Source of the DNA: a virus
Taxonomy: Duplodnaviria; Caudoviricetes
Virus record (IMG/VR): IMGVR_UViG_3300048598_000565
Location: 1 to 41,413 of that record
DNA length: 41,413 nucleotides
Direction: 5' to 3' (one strand)
In this document: positions 1 to 8,009 of the stretch, one piece after another
Layout of the letters: each line of letters opens with the position of its first letter
Numbering within the stretch: the stretch's first letter is position 1
Notes under the pieces: generated by a model
What the model saw: the letters and a program-made list of their open reading frames with translations, nothing else
Database searches by the model: none
What the model was told of the DNA's origin: nothing
Program-made: the position numbers and the translations under genes

Positions 1-1188
1 TTATTGATGGGCCTTACGTTTTTGCCGCGCCGGGGCCGATTCCCCTGATTTTCCCCGGGGCAGAGCTATGCGTTCGGGCGTCGGCAGCAGATCGGCGCGC
101 ATTGCCTCCTCGCTGACGCCGGTGTGGCGATAGCGGTCGGCCGAGCGCGGGTCTTTCCAGCGCGCAGTCCGCGTCAGTCCGAAAGTGTCGAGCTGGCCGT
201 AGCGGTGCATCCAAGTGCCGTAGGTGTGGCAGAAGATGTGAAAGCCGCCCTGGCGGCGCGGGAAGCTCAGTCCTGCGCGCTTCATCGCGTCGGACAGCAT
301 CTTGCGCAGCTTGCCGCCGGCGCAGTAGCGAAACAGCCGAGCCTCGTTGCCGCGATCGAGGAACGGCAGTCCGGCGCCGGCGCGCGGCCGGCCCGCGACG
401 CCATTCGGCATCGGCGTCTTGCCGTCGCTGCGCGGCCGCACAGGCCGCGGCGGCATCGCGCGCAACGCCTCGACCAGCGGCGTGGTGAGATACACCGACC
501 GGGCTTCGTTGTTCTTGGTTTTTGGCAGGTAGATCGAGCAGGCGTCGAGATCGATGTCGCCGAGCTTGATCGCCAGCGCCTCGCTGATGCGCATGCCGCT
601 GTAGCAGAGCAGCCGGCAGAGCAATCCGAATTCCGGCTCGACGTTGTCGGCCGCTGCGAACAGCCGGAAGGCCTGCTCCGGCTTGAGCCAACTCGTCGAC
701 TTGCTGCCGCGCCAGCCCTTGGGGCGCTTGATCGCGGTGTCGATGCCGGCCCGTTTGAGGATCGCGGAGACCGGCGTGTAGATTTGCCGGTTGCGGGTCT
801 GCGGTGTGGCGTCTGGATAGAGCGCGTCGGCGGCGCTGTCGATCAGGATCTGATCGATCTCGGCGAGCTTGCGGTTGTAAAGCGCGTGCGGGCCGCGCAG
901 CTCGATGATGGGGCCGATGTATTTAGGCTCGCCGCCGGCCTTGAGATAGGCCAGCGCGGCGTCGGCGAAGGTCGGCTCTAGCGGCTCGACGGCTGGCCCG
1001 ATCTGGCCCGCGGCTGCATCGGGATAATCTCCGCGCTCGATGGCGTCGCGGATATCCTTGAGGACGCCTTGGGCTTTGCGCTTGTCAGGAGTGCCCGTAG
1101 TTCGCTCAACGTAGATTCCGCGGTGGGTGCCGCGGACGTGCCAGTTTGGCGTCTTGCCGGGCGTGGGCGGCCGGAGCTTAAGGGGCAT
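1..1188 (-). CDS. int: Tyrosine recombinase / phage integrase
   Basis: SGMRISE (catalytic R), PKTKN (K), HIFCH (HxxR-box variant), RWKD and RYRH (Y nucleophile); N-terminal arm-binding-like segment WHVRGTHRGIYVERTTGT. Confidence 0.92.
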   Translation of the reverse strand: MPLKLRPPTPGKTPNWHVRGTHRGIYVERTTGTPDKRKAQGVLKDIRDAIERGDYPDAAAGQIGPAVEPLEPTFADAALAYLKAGGEPKYIGPIIELRGPHALYNRKLAEIDQILIDSAADALYPDATPQTRNRQIYTPVSAILKRAGIDTAIKRPKGWRGSKSTSWLKPEQAFRLFAAADNVEPEFGLLCRLLCYSGMRISEALAIKLGDIDLDACSIYLPKTKNNEARSVYLTTPLVEALRAMPPRPVRPRSDGKTPMPNGVAGRPRAGAGLPFLDRGNEARLFRYCAGGKLRKMLSDAMKRAGLSFPRRQGGFHIFCHTYGTWMHRYGQLDTFGLTRTARWKDPRSADRYRHTGVSEEAMRADLLPTPERIALPRGKSGESAPARQKRKAHQ

Positions 1189-1379
1189 CGGATGGCGTCC
1201 TCGATCGCGGCGATGTCCGCGTCCGAGAACAGTTTACGGCGGCCAAGCGTCCGGTGGAAGGGCATCCGCGCGGCCTTTTCCAGCGCCGCGAGCCGGTCCT
1301 GGAACGTGCGGCGGCTCACGCGGAAATGGGCTGCGGCCTCATCGACTGTGAGTAGCGGGGAAAGATCAACTTTGTTCAT
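978..1379 (-). CDS. Excisionase-like helix-turn-helix protein
   Basis: LLTVDEAAAHFRVSRRT...GRRKLFSDADI matches the HTH_17/Xis pattern; directly upstream of and overlapping int. Confidence 0.75.
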   Translation of the reverse strand: MNKVDLSPLLTVDEAAAHFRVSRRTFQDRLAALEKAARMPFHRTLGRRKLFSDADIAAIEDAIRCPLSSGRPRPARRQTGTSAAPTAESTLSELRALLTSAKPKASSRISATPSSAEIIPMQPRARSGQPSSR

Positions 1380-1382
1380 TTC

Positions 1383-1850
1383 CTACCACCCCAGCTTTCG
1401 TTGCCGCTCAGCGACCAGCGAAGCGAAATAGGCGTCCTTCTCGGCCTTGGATTGACGAGCAGCCGTTACACGCTTTTGGAAATTTTCCTCCTTCGCCTTT
1501 TTCAGTGCGGCTGGCGTGGTTTTCTCAAGAAATTCTATCGCGCGCGCGAAACCATTGTATCGGAGCTGGTCAATAAAGGCGATGACGCGATAATCTTGGT
1601 GGAACAACTCGCGGGCAACACGAGATTCCGCCAATAGTTCGTGGAGCTTTTGCTCCAAAGATCGATCGCCAGGCATCGCAACAAGCAACCTGATGTCCGA
1701 CGCGTATGTTTGCATCGCCTTCATGCGGCGATCTAGGTTTGTCGTCACGCCGATCTTAACGTTCTTCCCAATGCGGACGAAATAGACAACGGATTGCGGC
1801 ACATCTGCCGCAACATCAGCTTGGGTCACGCGGGCCGCCGTCCTGCTCAT
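1383..1850 (-). CDS. GIY-YIG (T5orf172-like) domain protein
   Basis: VYFVRIGKNVKIGVTTNLDRRMKAMQT...LEQKLHELL...ELF pattern. Confidence 0.8.
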   Translation of the reverse strand: MSRTAARVTQADVAADVPQSVVYFVRIGKNVKIGVTTNLDRRMKAMQTYASDIRLLVAMPGDRSLEQKLHELLAESRVARELFHQDYRVIAFIDQLRYNGFARAIEFLEKTTPAALKKAKEENFQKRVTAARQSKAEKDAYFASLVAERQRKLGW

Positions 1851-2023
1851 GGCGCCTCCGGGGTGGTGGGCTTCCAGCCTAGCGCTTTGGCAAGGGCAAG
1901 TGTTTCTGCCGCCTTGATGGCAAAGAAGAGTGCATGGACTTCATCGCCGCGATCACGCGCAACAAGCGCAGATTCGGCCAGCTTGACAGACAGTTCTCCG
2001 ATTGATGCAGCGGAGTTTGCCAT
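1847..2023 (-). CDS. Small hypothetical protein (58 aa, MANSAASIGELSVKL...)
   Basis: Read from sequence; start/stop codons overlap both neighbouring genes (TGATG, ATGA). Confidence 0.6.
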   Translation of the reverse strand: MANSAASIGELSVKLAESALVARDRGDEVHALFFAIKAAETLALAKALGWKPTTPEAP

Positions 2024-2346
2024 CACTCACTCTTCGTCTTCAGCGGCTGAGGAAGCTGCATAACGGCATCAGGAGATCGAAACGGATCGCTGTCGTCATC
2101 TGGGTTTACCCAGACATCTCCGTTAAATGCCGTGATCCCGAATTCGCCAATCAGGTCTGGTTCTTTCGACTTCCAGAATCCGAGAACCTCGCCCTCCAGC
2201 GAATACATATCGTCACCACGACGCCACATCGCGGCAAGCGCGGCTTCGATGACGGCGCGCATCTGATCGGCTGATGAGTCGTAGTCGCGCCAAAATTTCG
2301 GTGCCTGCTTCAGCGCAGCCTCAATCATCTCGTCAGTCACTTGCAT
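2023..2346 (-). CDS. Hypothetical phage early protein
   Basis: MQVTDEMIEAALK... start preceded by AGGAG; packed operon. Confidence 0.6.
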   Translation of the reverse strand: MQVTDEMIEAALKQAPKFWRDYDSSADQMRAVIEAALAAMWRRGDDMYSLEGEVLGFWKSKEPDLIGEFGITAFNGDVWVNPDDDSDPFRSPDAVMQLPQPLKTKSE

Positions 2347-2632
2347 TGGAGGGCTCCTGTGAGGCTGCGACCATGGCGGTATAGATCGGAGATGTTTCGA
2401 AGGAACAGCCATAGCGGCCGTACATGACTTGATCGCCGGCTTCGATCATCGCAGGCGTAGGAACGGTCGGCACCACGACGAATCCCTCTGCCTTGAGATA
2501 CGCTTCGTATGCGGTGATGACGGCGGCTGCTACTCGGCGTCGAGCTTCCGGATTGTTTTCGTCCGAAATGTCGCGGGTAATTATCTGCGGCAGGATAGCC
2601 CTTGCCCCGGCCTCTAGTGCTCGCTGGTTCAT
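2333..2632 (-). CDS. Hypothetical phage early protein
   Basis: GFVVVPTVPTPAMIEAG...IYTAMVAA motif typical of lambdoid early accessory ORFs; ATGA coupling. Confidence 0.65.
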   Translation of the reverse strand: MNQRALEAGARAILPQIITRDISDENNPEARRRVAAAVITAYEAYLKAEGFVVVPTVPTPAMIEAGDQVMYGRYGCSFETSPIYTAMVAASQEPSNASD

Positions 2633-2865
2633 GGGTGGACGGCCTCGACCTTACGATCCTGTATCTTCCAATCGCTATCTCGCGGTGCTTGCGACCTGAT
2701 TTTGGTCATTGCAGCGTTTATGTTCTTCTGCTTTTCGTTAAGCTGGTTTAGCAGTGCTGTTTCGTTACGGCGAGCCTCGCCGGTAACGTTACAAGCATTC
2801 ATATACGCGGCTTCAATCTCCTTCGCCTCGTCGAACAGCTTCTTGATCTCGTCGTAGTCTGCCAT
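2629..2865 (-). CDS. Hypothetical coiled-coil protein
   Basis: MADYDEIKKLFDEAKE... with GAGG upstream; coupled to the next gene. Confidence 0.6.
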   Translation of the reverse strand: MADYDEIKKLFDEAKEIEAAYMNACNVTGEARRNETALLNQLNEKQKNINAAMTKIRSQAPRDSDWKIQDRKVEAVHP

Positions 2866-2869
2866 GGGA

Positions 2870-3520
2870 TTACTTCCTCTCTGCGCTGCTATCGGAGCCA
2901 TGCTGTGCGACGAAGGCGCGGGCGGCGTGTCGGAACGCCGTTACGGTGCGGTCGTGCTTATCAGCCGTCTTGTCGTGGCCGTGGTATTCGGCCATGGCTT
3001 GGCTATATGCGGCGTTCGTCGCGGCTTCTCCTTGCTGGATGACGGTGACCGCCTCGGCCAACGCGCGCTCTGCCTGCTCGGCCCGTTTTTGAGCAGCGGT
3101 CAGATCGCTGATGCAGTCATGCCAGCCTGATTTCAGCCTCTCGATCTCCGCGTCCTTCGCTTCGAGCGCCGTTGCGGCTTCTTGAAAGATGTTACTGCCG
3201 ACAATGCGCTGCTGGGAATGTTCATGCGCATGACGCAACCGTTCGATCAGATCATCACTCACGGCCGGCCCCCTCCTGCTCTGCGAGCGCCCGGCGGCCG
3301 GCGTATCGGCATCACGACATTCTGCCGAGATACCGCTCGTCTCATCGTCCAGCGCCATCTTGAGCGTGGAAATCTCCTTGTCCTTCGCGGCGAGCGAGGC
3401 GGCTTGCTGCTCGATCATGGCGCGCAACCGCTTGACCTCTGCAACTAGCCCGCTGACTGTTTCGATGGTTACCGGCAAGACGCCATCGGGACGGTCGATC
3501 TCGTTAACAATCTCTGTCAT
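2870..3520 (-). CDS. Hypothetical coiled-coil mosaic protein (start uncertain; internal GTG with strong RBS near 3262)
   Basis: Repeated AKDKEI/AKDAEIERLK coiled-coil motifs; SDDLIERLR segment preceded by AGGAGG. Confidence 0.5.
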   Translation of the reverse strand: MTEIVNEIDRPDGVLPVTIETVSGLVAEVKRLRAMIEQQAASLAAKDKEISTLKMALDDETSGISAECRDADTPAAGRSQSRRGPAVSDDLIERLRHAHEHSQQRIVGSNIFQEAATALEAKDAEIERLKSGWHDCISDLTAAQKRAEQAERALAEAVTVIQQGEAATNAAYSQAMAEYHGHDKTADKHDRTVTAFRHAARAFVAQHGSDSSAERK

Positions 3521-3667
3521 AGTCCTGCCATTTCTGCTGTTCGGTCGGCTGTCCGTCGTCATCAAAGTCGGCTTGGCAAAGCAGCCCGCCGCAGATCGAA
3601 CAACGCTCAACATCAAGCATCGTCGGGTCGTCCTCGATGCGGTCACACTCGGCGCAATACATGGCTG

Positions 3668-3925
3668 CTATTCCCCTTCGCGTTGCAGGGCGGATCGCCC
3701 GGCGATTGGCCCGTCAAGCTTGAACCCGTTTTCCGATAGCCAGCGCCTGGATTCGTCGAGTTTTACGCGCGACCAAACGCGACGAGTTGCGAGTCTCGCC
3801 TTGTGCAGTCCGGCGAGTGCGATTTGACGGCTGTCTGGAATAAAGCCACTCGCGGCGCCGCTCTTTAAAGCGGCGTCTACGTCGAGGGTATCAAGTATAC
3901 GGTATTGTTCTTTGCTCAGCTTCAT
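3668..3925 (-). CDS. Hypothetical protein
   Basis: 85-aa ORF, ATGA overlap with upstream gene, GGAGG RBS. Confidence 0.6.
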   Translation of the reverse strand: MKLSKEQYRILDTLDVDAALKSGAASGFIPDSRQIALAGLHKARLATRRVWSRVKLDESRRWLSENGFKLDGPIAGRSALQREGE

Positions 3926-4722
3926 TCCGCACCTCCCGCGCGGATCGCAGCGGTGATGGCCTGGCGCGGGGTCTCCCCCGTTGCGATAACGCGATCATGA
4001 GGCTTTGCCATATGGTGCTGGACAACTTCCCACGCTACATCGTCATCGCCGCCGCCGGTTGGGATATCAACACAACGAAGGGTCCAGCACTCATGTTCTA
4101 TAATATCGAGTAGATCAGGCTTCGCAGATCGTTTCAGGTTGTCGGCGCGGATCGCGGCGGCGATGTCGTCGCATTCAGATTCAAGCGTGCTGCTGCTGTA
4201 TTCTGTAAGGCCACGTTCCCTAGCCCACTTGACGGAGAACTCATCCACAATTCGCGCACACTTCTCCCGCTCGTTCGCCATGATCGCGGCTTCGTCGGGA
4301 TGCCCCGCCGTCACCAGCCCGGATGCGAGGATGGCGGTAGCCTTCGCGGTAGCCGCAGCGCGTTTAGCCGGCTGATTAATCTTGATGTAATGACGCTCGC
4401 TCGGGGTTAGATCATCCATCAAATTCGGGTCGTTAAATGCGTCAGGATCGATGATCCGCGCGATCCCCTCCACCACGTCCTGCGGCGGGGCGGCGAGAGC
4501 TGCGCGAGCATTCTGCATCGCCTCATCCAGTTCATAGACGGCTCCGCAGTTCGTTTTCGGCAATGTTGCTCCTAGGCGGCTGGGATGCCGCTCTTTGTAT
4601 GGTTCATCGCGGCCTTCGCCATTCCATCCGGTGACAAGTTCCCTAACACCTTTCAGCGCCTTGGCGTTCACCAGCGCTTCCAGCGCCTCTCGGATGCTCG
4701 GGGCGGTCATGGGCGAGTTCAT
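3922..4722 (-). CDS. Hypothetical mosaic early protein
   Basis: ARAALAAPP, EREKCARIVD, DIAAAIRA motifs typical of phage early patchwork ORFs; ATGA coupling. Confidence 0.6.
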   Translation of the reverse strand: MNSPMTAPSIREALEALVNAKALKGVRELVTGWNGEGRDEPYKERHPSRLGATLPKTNCGAVYELDEAMQNARAALAAPPQDVVEGIARIIDPDAFNDPNLMDDLTPSERHYIKINQPAKRAAATAKATAILASGLVTAGHPDEAAIMANEREKCARIVDEFSVKWARERGLTEYSSSTLESECDDIAAAIRADNLKRSAKPDLLDIIEHECWTLRCVDIPTGGGDDDVAWEVVQHHMAKPHDRVIATGETPRQAITAAIRAGGAE

Positions 4723-5243
4723 TCTGCGGCCTCCGGTAGCGTGAATTTCCCTTGCCACGTCCGCCATGCCTTGGTGACGGCACCCGTGCCTGGAAAAAGA
4801 TCATGCAATTCATCGTCTGGCCGAGCGCCAAGCAATTCGAACGCCCAATGACATACGGCTTCCGGCTTTGCTCCGGTTAGTCCGCGCTTGAGCGTGATGC
4901 TTGCCTGAATCCAGTCGCGATTGACCTGACGTTTCGACACAACGGGCTTGCGCGCGGCCTTGATTACGACGGGCTCCCACGCGTAGGCGACGGACACGTT
5001 GCGTTTAAAAGCCGCAAAGCCTTTCACCCATGAACACCAGCGAGCATCCGTCTTGACCACGAAAGGCGCGAGCGTCGCGATGCTGGTAGACGTGGCAGAG
5101 GCGTGCAGCACCCAGCCATCGAACTCTGATTCAAGGCGTTCGATTAGCGCAGCGTGATCTATCTCCCCGGCGTAATCGGGATGATTGCGGTAAAGGTGCG
5201 CGCATCCAACATAGGGCGGATCGGCGTAAGCAAGCTTCATCAC
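4719..5243 (-). CDS. Small putative DNA amino-methyltransferase
   Basis: N-terminal YADPPY catalytic motif and C-terminal DLFPGTG SAM-binding motif; GAGGAGG RBS. Confidence 0.75.
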   Translation of the reverse strand: MMKLAYADPPYVGCAHLYRNHPDYAGEIDHAALIERLESEFDGWVLHASATSTSIATLAPFVVKTDARWCSWVKGFAAFKRNVSVAYAWEPVVIKAARKPVVSKRQVNRDWIQASITLKRGLTGAKPEAVCHWAFELLGARPDDELHDLFPGTGAVTKAWRTWQGKFTLPEAAE

Positions 5244-5250
5244 CGCCTCC

Positions 5251-5997
5251 TCACGTCGAAGCGGGAGAGGATGGCGGCGGCAGATGCCGATCTACTTCCT
5301 CGCACCACTGTTTGTAGTCACGGTTCGATGGACACATGCCGCGCACGAACGATCGGCGCTGCTCGTACATTTCTTCCGGCGTCATGATGTGGTTGCGGGC
5401 GCGCTCGACCAAGGCGAGCAACTGCGGGTCTGTCGGTCCGCAACCAAGCGGCAAGGCAGATTCGGCCGTCACCGCTTCCGGCGCGGACAGCGGGTCTGAC
5501 GGGCCGTCTGCGGCGTCCACACATTGCTCGCATGTGCAGATAGCAGGAGCGCCGCCGTCAGATTTCGTTGCGCTCGCCGCGAGCGCTATGCTGAACCTCG
5601 CCCGAATATCTACCGGCGTGTAATCGCTGCGATCCGGCATGTCGTCGATGACTTCATCAATGAAAGACCGCAGCGCGCCTTCGCTGGTGGGTGCGGGGTG
5701 GGTGGTGCCACGGGCTGGATTCGAACCAGCTACCGACTGCTTACAAAACAGTTGCTCCGCCTGATGAGCTTCCGTGGCGTATTTGGTGTCCCCGGCAGGA
5801 TTCGAACCTGCATAATCTCCCGAGTTTAAGTCGGTTGCCTGTACCAATTCGGCTACGAGGACGCTATCGGTACTCACGGCCGGGCTTGAACCAGCATCTT
5901 TCCTGTTATGAGCAGGCGGCTCTACCAATTGAGCTACGTGAGAACAGTCGCCTTCTGCGAAATCGATCCATTCTGCCGGCGAGTGCTCGGGAAGCAT
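5251..5997 (-). CDS. Hypothetical ORF whose 5' part contains three tRNAs; only the 3' part looks conventionally protein-like
   Basis: Open for 248 codons and ends 8 nt before the next gene; true start unclear. Confidence 0.4.
   Translation of the reverse strand: MLPEHSPAEWIDFAEGDCSHVAQLVEPPAHNRKDAGSSPAVSTDSVLVAELVQATDLNSGDYAGSNPAGDTKYATEAHQAEQLFCKQSVAGSNPARGTTHPAPTSEGALRSFIDEVIDDMPDRSDYTPVDIRARFSIALAASATKSDGGAPAICTCEQCVDAADGPSDPLSAPEAVTAESALPLGCGPTDPQLLALVERARNHIMTPEEMYEQRRSFVRGMCPSNRDYKQWCEEVDRHLPPPSSPAST
5703..5778 (-). tRNA. tRNA-Thr(TGT)
   Basis: GCCACGG/CCGTGGC acceptor stem, ACTGT-TTTGTAA-GCAGT anticodon arm, GCTGG-TTCGAAT-CCAGC T arm, encoded CCA; A rather than T at position 8. Confidence 0.8.
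5784..5862 (-). tRNA. tRNA-Leu(TAA) with short variable region
   Basis: GTCCTCG/CGGGGAC acceptor, TAGCCGAATTGGTACAGGC D arm, CCGA-CTTAAAC-TCGG anticodon arm, GCAGG-TTCGAAT-CCTGC T arm, CCA end. Confidence 0.8.
5868..5943 (-). tRNA. tRNA with CAT anticodon (Met or Ile2), possibly degenerate
   Basis: TAGCTCAATTGGTAGAGC D arm, CCTG-CTCATAA-CAGG anticodon arm, GCTGG-TTCAAGC-CCGGC T arm; T1:T72 mismatch and ACCG end. Confidence 0.72.
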
Positions 5998-6024
5998 TGG
6001 CCCGCAATCCCTTGCTATTCAGAT
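5941..6024 (+). pseudogene. 84-bp internal fragment of a C5 DNA cytosine methyltransferase gene, inverted relative to the operon
   Basis: Translates to RTVAFCEIDPFCRRVLGKHWPAIPCYSD, the segment that follows motif I in phage C5-MTases; no FxGxGG upstream and no PCQ downstream. Confidence 0.7.
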
Positions 6025-6113
6025 CGCGCCAGCATTGGTGATGACCGCCGCAAACATGATGATCGCGATCACCACGACGGCCTCGGCGGCAAGCGCAGCG
6101 GAGAACGGGCCGG

Positions 6114-6326
6114 TCATGCTGCGCTCCCGTGTTCGGGGTCGTGGTCACCGACCTGAACGACGGGGCGCTCTGCGATGGTCGGTATGCCGAATGCGTTGCA
6201 GGTCTCCACGATGCGCTCGCGGAGCTGGCCTTCAAGCTCGTTGCCGAGCAGGCCAGACGCGGCGATTGCTTCCGCCGTGCCGATGAATTTGCTGACTGCG
6301 TACAGCTTGCGCATGTCGGAGGTCAT
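6114..6326 (-). CDS. Hypothetical protein
   Basis: 70-aa ORF, ATGA coupling, GGAGG RBS. Confidence 0.6.
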   Translation of the reverse strand: MTSDMRKLYAVSKFIGTAEAIAASGLLGNELEGQLRERIVETCNAFGIPTIAERPVVQVGDHDPEHGSAA

Positions 6327-6556
6327 GCGATCCTCCAGCAGCGATATTCGCCTTTGATCGGATCGACGCAGCGGACGGAATACTTCCGGTTATTGCGAAC
6401 ACCGAACATTTTCGCGGCGTTCCGCACCTTACTCACGTCACTGCCGGGAATAGCGAAAGAATCTCCTACCTCCATCTCATCAAGTGGATATTTGAGACAA
6501 CGGCCATGAGACTTTGGCATCGCTACGCCATGCTCGATTTTGTATCGCTCCTCCAT
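6323..6556 (-). CDS. Small putative DNA-binding protein
   Basis: YKIEHGVAMP...KYPLDEMEVGDSFAIP...YRCWRIA, a recurrent phage family pattern. Confidence 0.7.
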   Translation of the reverse strand: MEERYKIEHGVAMPKSHGRCLKYPLDEMEVGDSFAIPGSDVSKVRNAAKMFGVRNNRKYSVRCVDPIKGEYRCWRIA

Positions 6557-6873
6557 CACGCCGCCCTCCGGAAGGACTGCGCGGCCTGCATCGAGACGTG
6601 CAGCTCGACGAACTCGTACTGCCAATTGCGGAGCGGCTCGCCCTGACGGGCCCATAGCGTCATGACCTCGCGGGCGATGTCCTCGGTCACGTCCCGGCAG
6701 ATGCCTTCGGCCGGGTTGAACTCGATGACCTGGGTTAGGCCCTCGTACTGACCGTCCGCGATGTCCTTGATGACCGTGGCCCGGTCCAGATCGGACAGCT
6801 TCCGTTCCGGCAGGTAGGCGCCGTCCTTATGGGCGACGACCACGAGGTAGCTCATGTGGTCCTGAATCTGCAT
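6556..6873 (-). CDS. Hypothetical protein
   Basis: 105-aa ORF in packed operon, GGAG RBS. Confidence 0.65.
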   Translation of the reverse strand: MQIQDHMSYLVVVAHKDGAYLPERKLSDLDRATVIKDIADGQYEGLTQVIEFNPAEGICRDVTEDIAREVMTLWARQGEPLRNWQYEFVELHVSMQAAQSFRRAA

Positions 6874-6879
6874 GGCGGG

Positions 6880-7980
6880 TTACTCCACTTCAACCGGCTC
6901 GCCATCGGCGGTGAGTGTGTAAAACGTGTCGGCCTTGATGCCGCGATCACCGACCTTCGCGGCAAAGATGTGCTTGATGGCCCACCCATTGTCAGGATCG
7001 CGATAGACCAAGACGATGGCGCCGGTTTGGGCGGCTTTGGCTCGGCCCTCGACACCGCTGGCGATTGCAATGGAGTGCTTGCCTTCAACGGTCGCGGCGC
7101 TCTGGTCGCCAGTGTTGGTCGCGGCGCTCTGGTCGCCGGTGTTGGTCGCGACGCTCTGGTCGCCGGTGTTGGTCGCGACGCTCCAATAGCCAGTGTTGGT
7201 CGCGGCGCTCTGGTCGCCAGTGTTGGTCGCGGCGCTCTGGTAGCCGGTGTTGGTCGCGACGCTCCGGGGGCCGGTGTTGGTCGCGGCGCTCTGGGGGCCG
7301 GTGTTGGTCGCGACGCTCCGGGGGCCGGTGTTGGTCGCGGCGCTCTGGGGGCCGGTGTTGGTCGCGGCGCTCTGGGGGCCGGTGTTGGTCGCGACGCTCT
7401 GGTCGCCGGTGTTGGTCGCGACGCTCTGGGGGCCAGTGTTGGTCGCGACGCTCCAATAGCCAGTGTTGGTCGCGGCGCTCTGGTCGCCAGTGTTGGTCGC
7501 GGCGCTCTGGGGGCCGGTGTTGGTCGCGACGCTCTGGTAGCCGGTGTTGGTCGCGACGCTCTGGGGGCCGGTGTTGGTCGCGACGCTCCGGGGGCCGGTG
7601 TTGGCTTCCATCTTCGTCGATACCACCTTGGACATCAGGTATTCGACGCCGCGAGAAATGAACTCAGGCAGGCTCAGTTCAGCCTTGATGATGATGGATG
7701 CCGACGCGACCTTGCTGTCTCCGTTGTGGCGCGACAGATCGCCGGACTGCTCAACGATGGCAAAGCGGGACGTGCCGGGGGGATAATAAGTCCACACGTC
7801 GAACGGGTTTTCGCAGGCATGAAAACCGTTTTCACAGGCCCTGATGGCGCCTTCGACCGTGTAGGTCTGACCAACCTCGAACTTATAGTTCCGGCAGGAC
7901 AGGGTATGATCAAACCCCTTGAACGAGGTGATGGCCTCCGTGGCCTGCAGCTCGGTCTTGGCTGATTCCTTGCGCGGCAT
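6880..7980 (-). CDS. First PL gene: DUF7666-like protein with 19 tandem 9-aa repeats
   Basis: N-terminal FKGFD..L.CRNYKFEVGQTY...CENGFHACENPFDVWTYY; repeats NTGxxS[AV]AT; C-terminal GIKADTFYTL. Confidence 0.85.
   Translation of the reverse strand: MPRKESAKTELQATEAITSFKGFDHTLSCRNYKFEVGQTYTVEGAIRACENGFHACENPFDVWTYYPPGTSRFAIVEQSGDLSRHNGDSKVASASIIIKAELSLPEFISRGVEYLMSKVVSTKMEANTGPRSVATNTGPQSVATNTGYQSVATNTGPQSAATNTGDQSAATNTGYWSVATNTGPQSVATNTGDQSVATNTGPQSAATNTGPQSAATNTGPRSVATNTGPQSAATNTGPRSVATNTGYQSAATNTGDQSAATNTGYWSVATNTGDQSVATNTGDQSAATNTGDQSAATVEGKHSIAIASGVEGRAKAAQTGAIVLVYRDPDNGWAIKHIFAAKVGDRGIKADTFYTLTADGEPVEVE
7090..7602 (-). repeat. 19 x 27-bp coding tandem repeat
   Basis: Unit encodes NTG-XX-S[AV]AT; XX = PR,PQ,YQ,PQ,DQ,YW,PQ,DQ,PQ,PQ,PR,PQ,PR,YQ,DQ,YW,DQ,DQ,DQ. 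Confidence 0.95.
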
Positions 7981-8009
7981 TGGTGGCTCCCCGATCTGCT
8001 GATGGGGAG

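Noticed and set aside
1-60. attL/attR core repeats at the window ends
   Set aside because: The window starts at the integrase stop codon and ends at an ORF start, so flanks are missing; no matching direct repeat was seen.
5908-6156. 82-aa plus-strand ORF as an intact methyltransferase
   Set aside because: Only 28 residues are MTase-like, the start lies inside the antisense of a tRNA, and catalytic motifs are missing; reported as a fragment instead.
7090-7602. 27-bp repeats as a CRISPR array or DGR template
   Set aside because: Units are contiguous with no unique spacers and lie in frame in a CDS; no cas adaptation genes or reverse transcriptase were seen in the window.
6829-7965. Long alternative-frame and antisense ORFs over the repeat gene (6829-7965 +, 7065-7661 +, 7085-7456 -)
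   Set aside because: They are shadows of the stop-free 27-bp repeat; only 6880-7980 (-) has conserved non-repeat domains, an RBS and a promoter.
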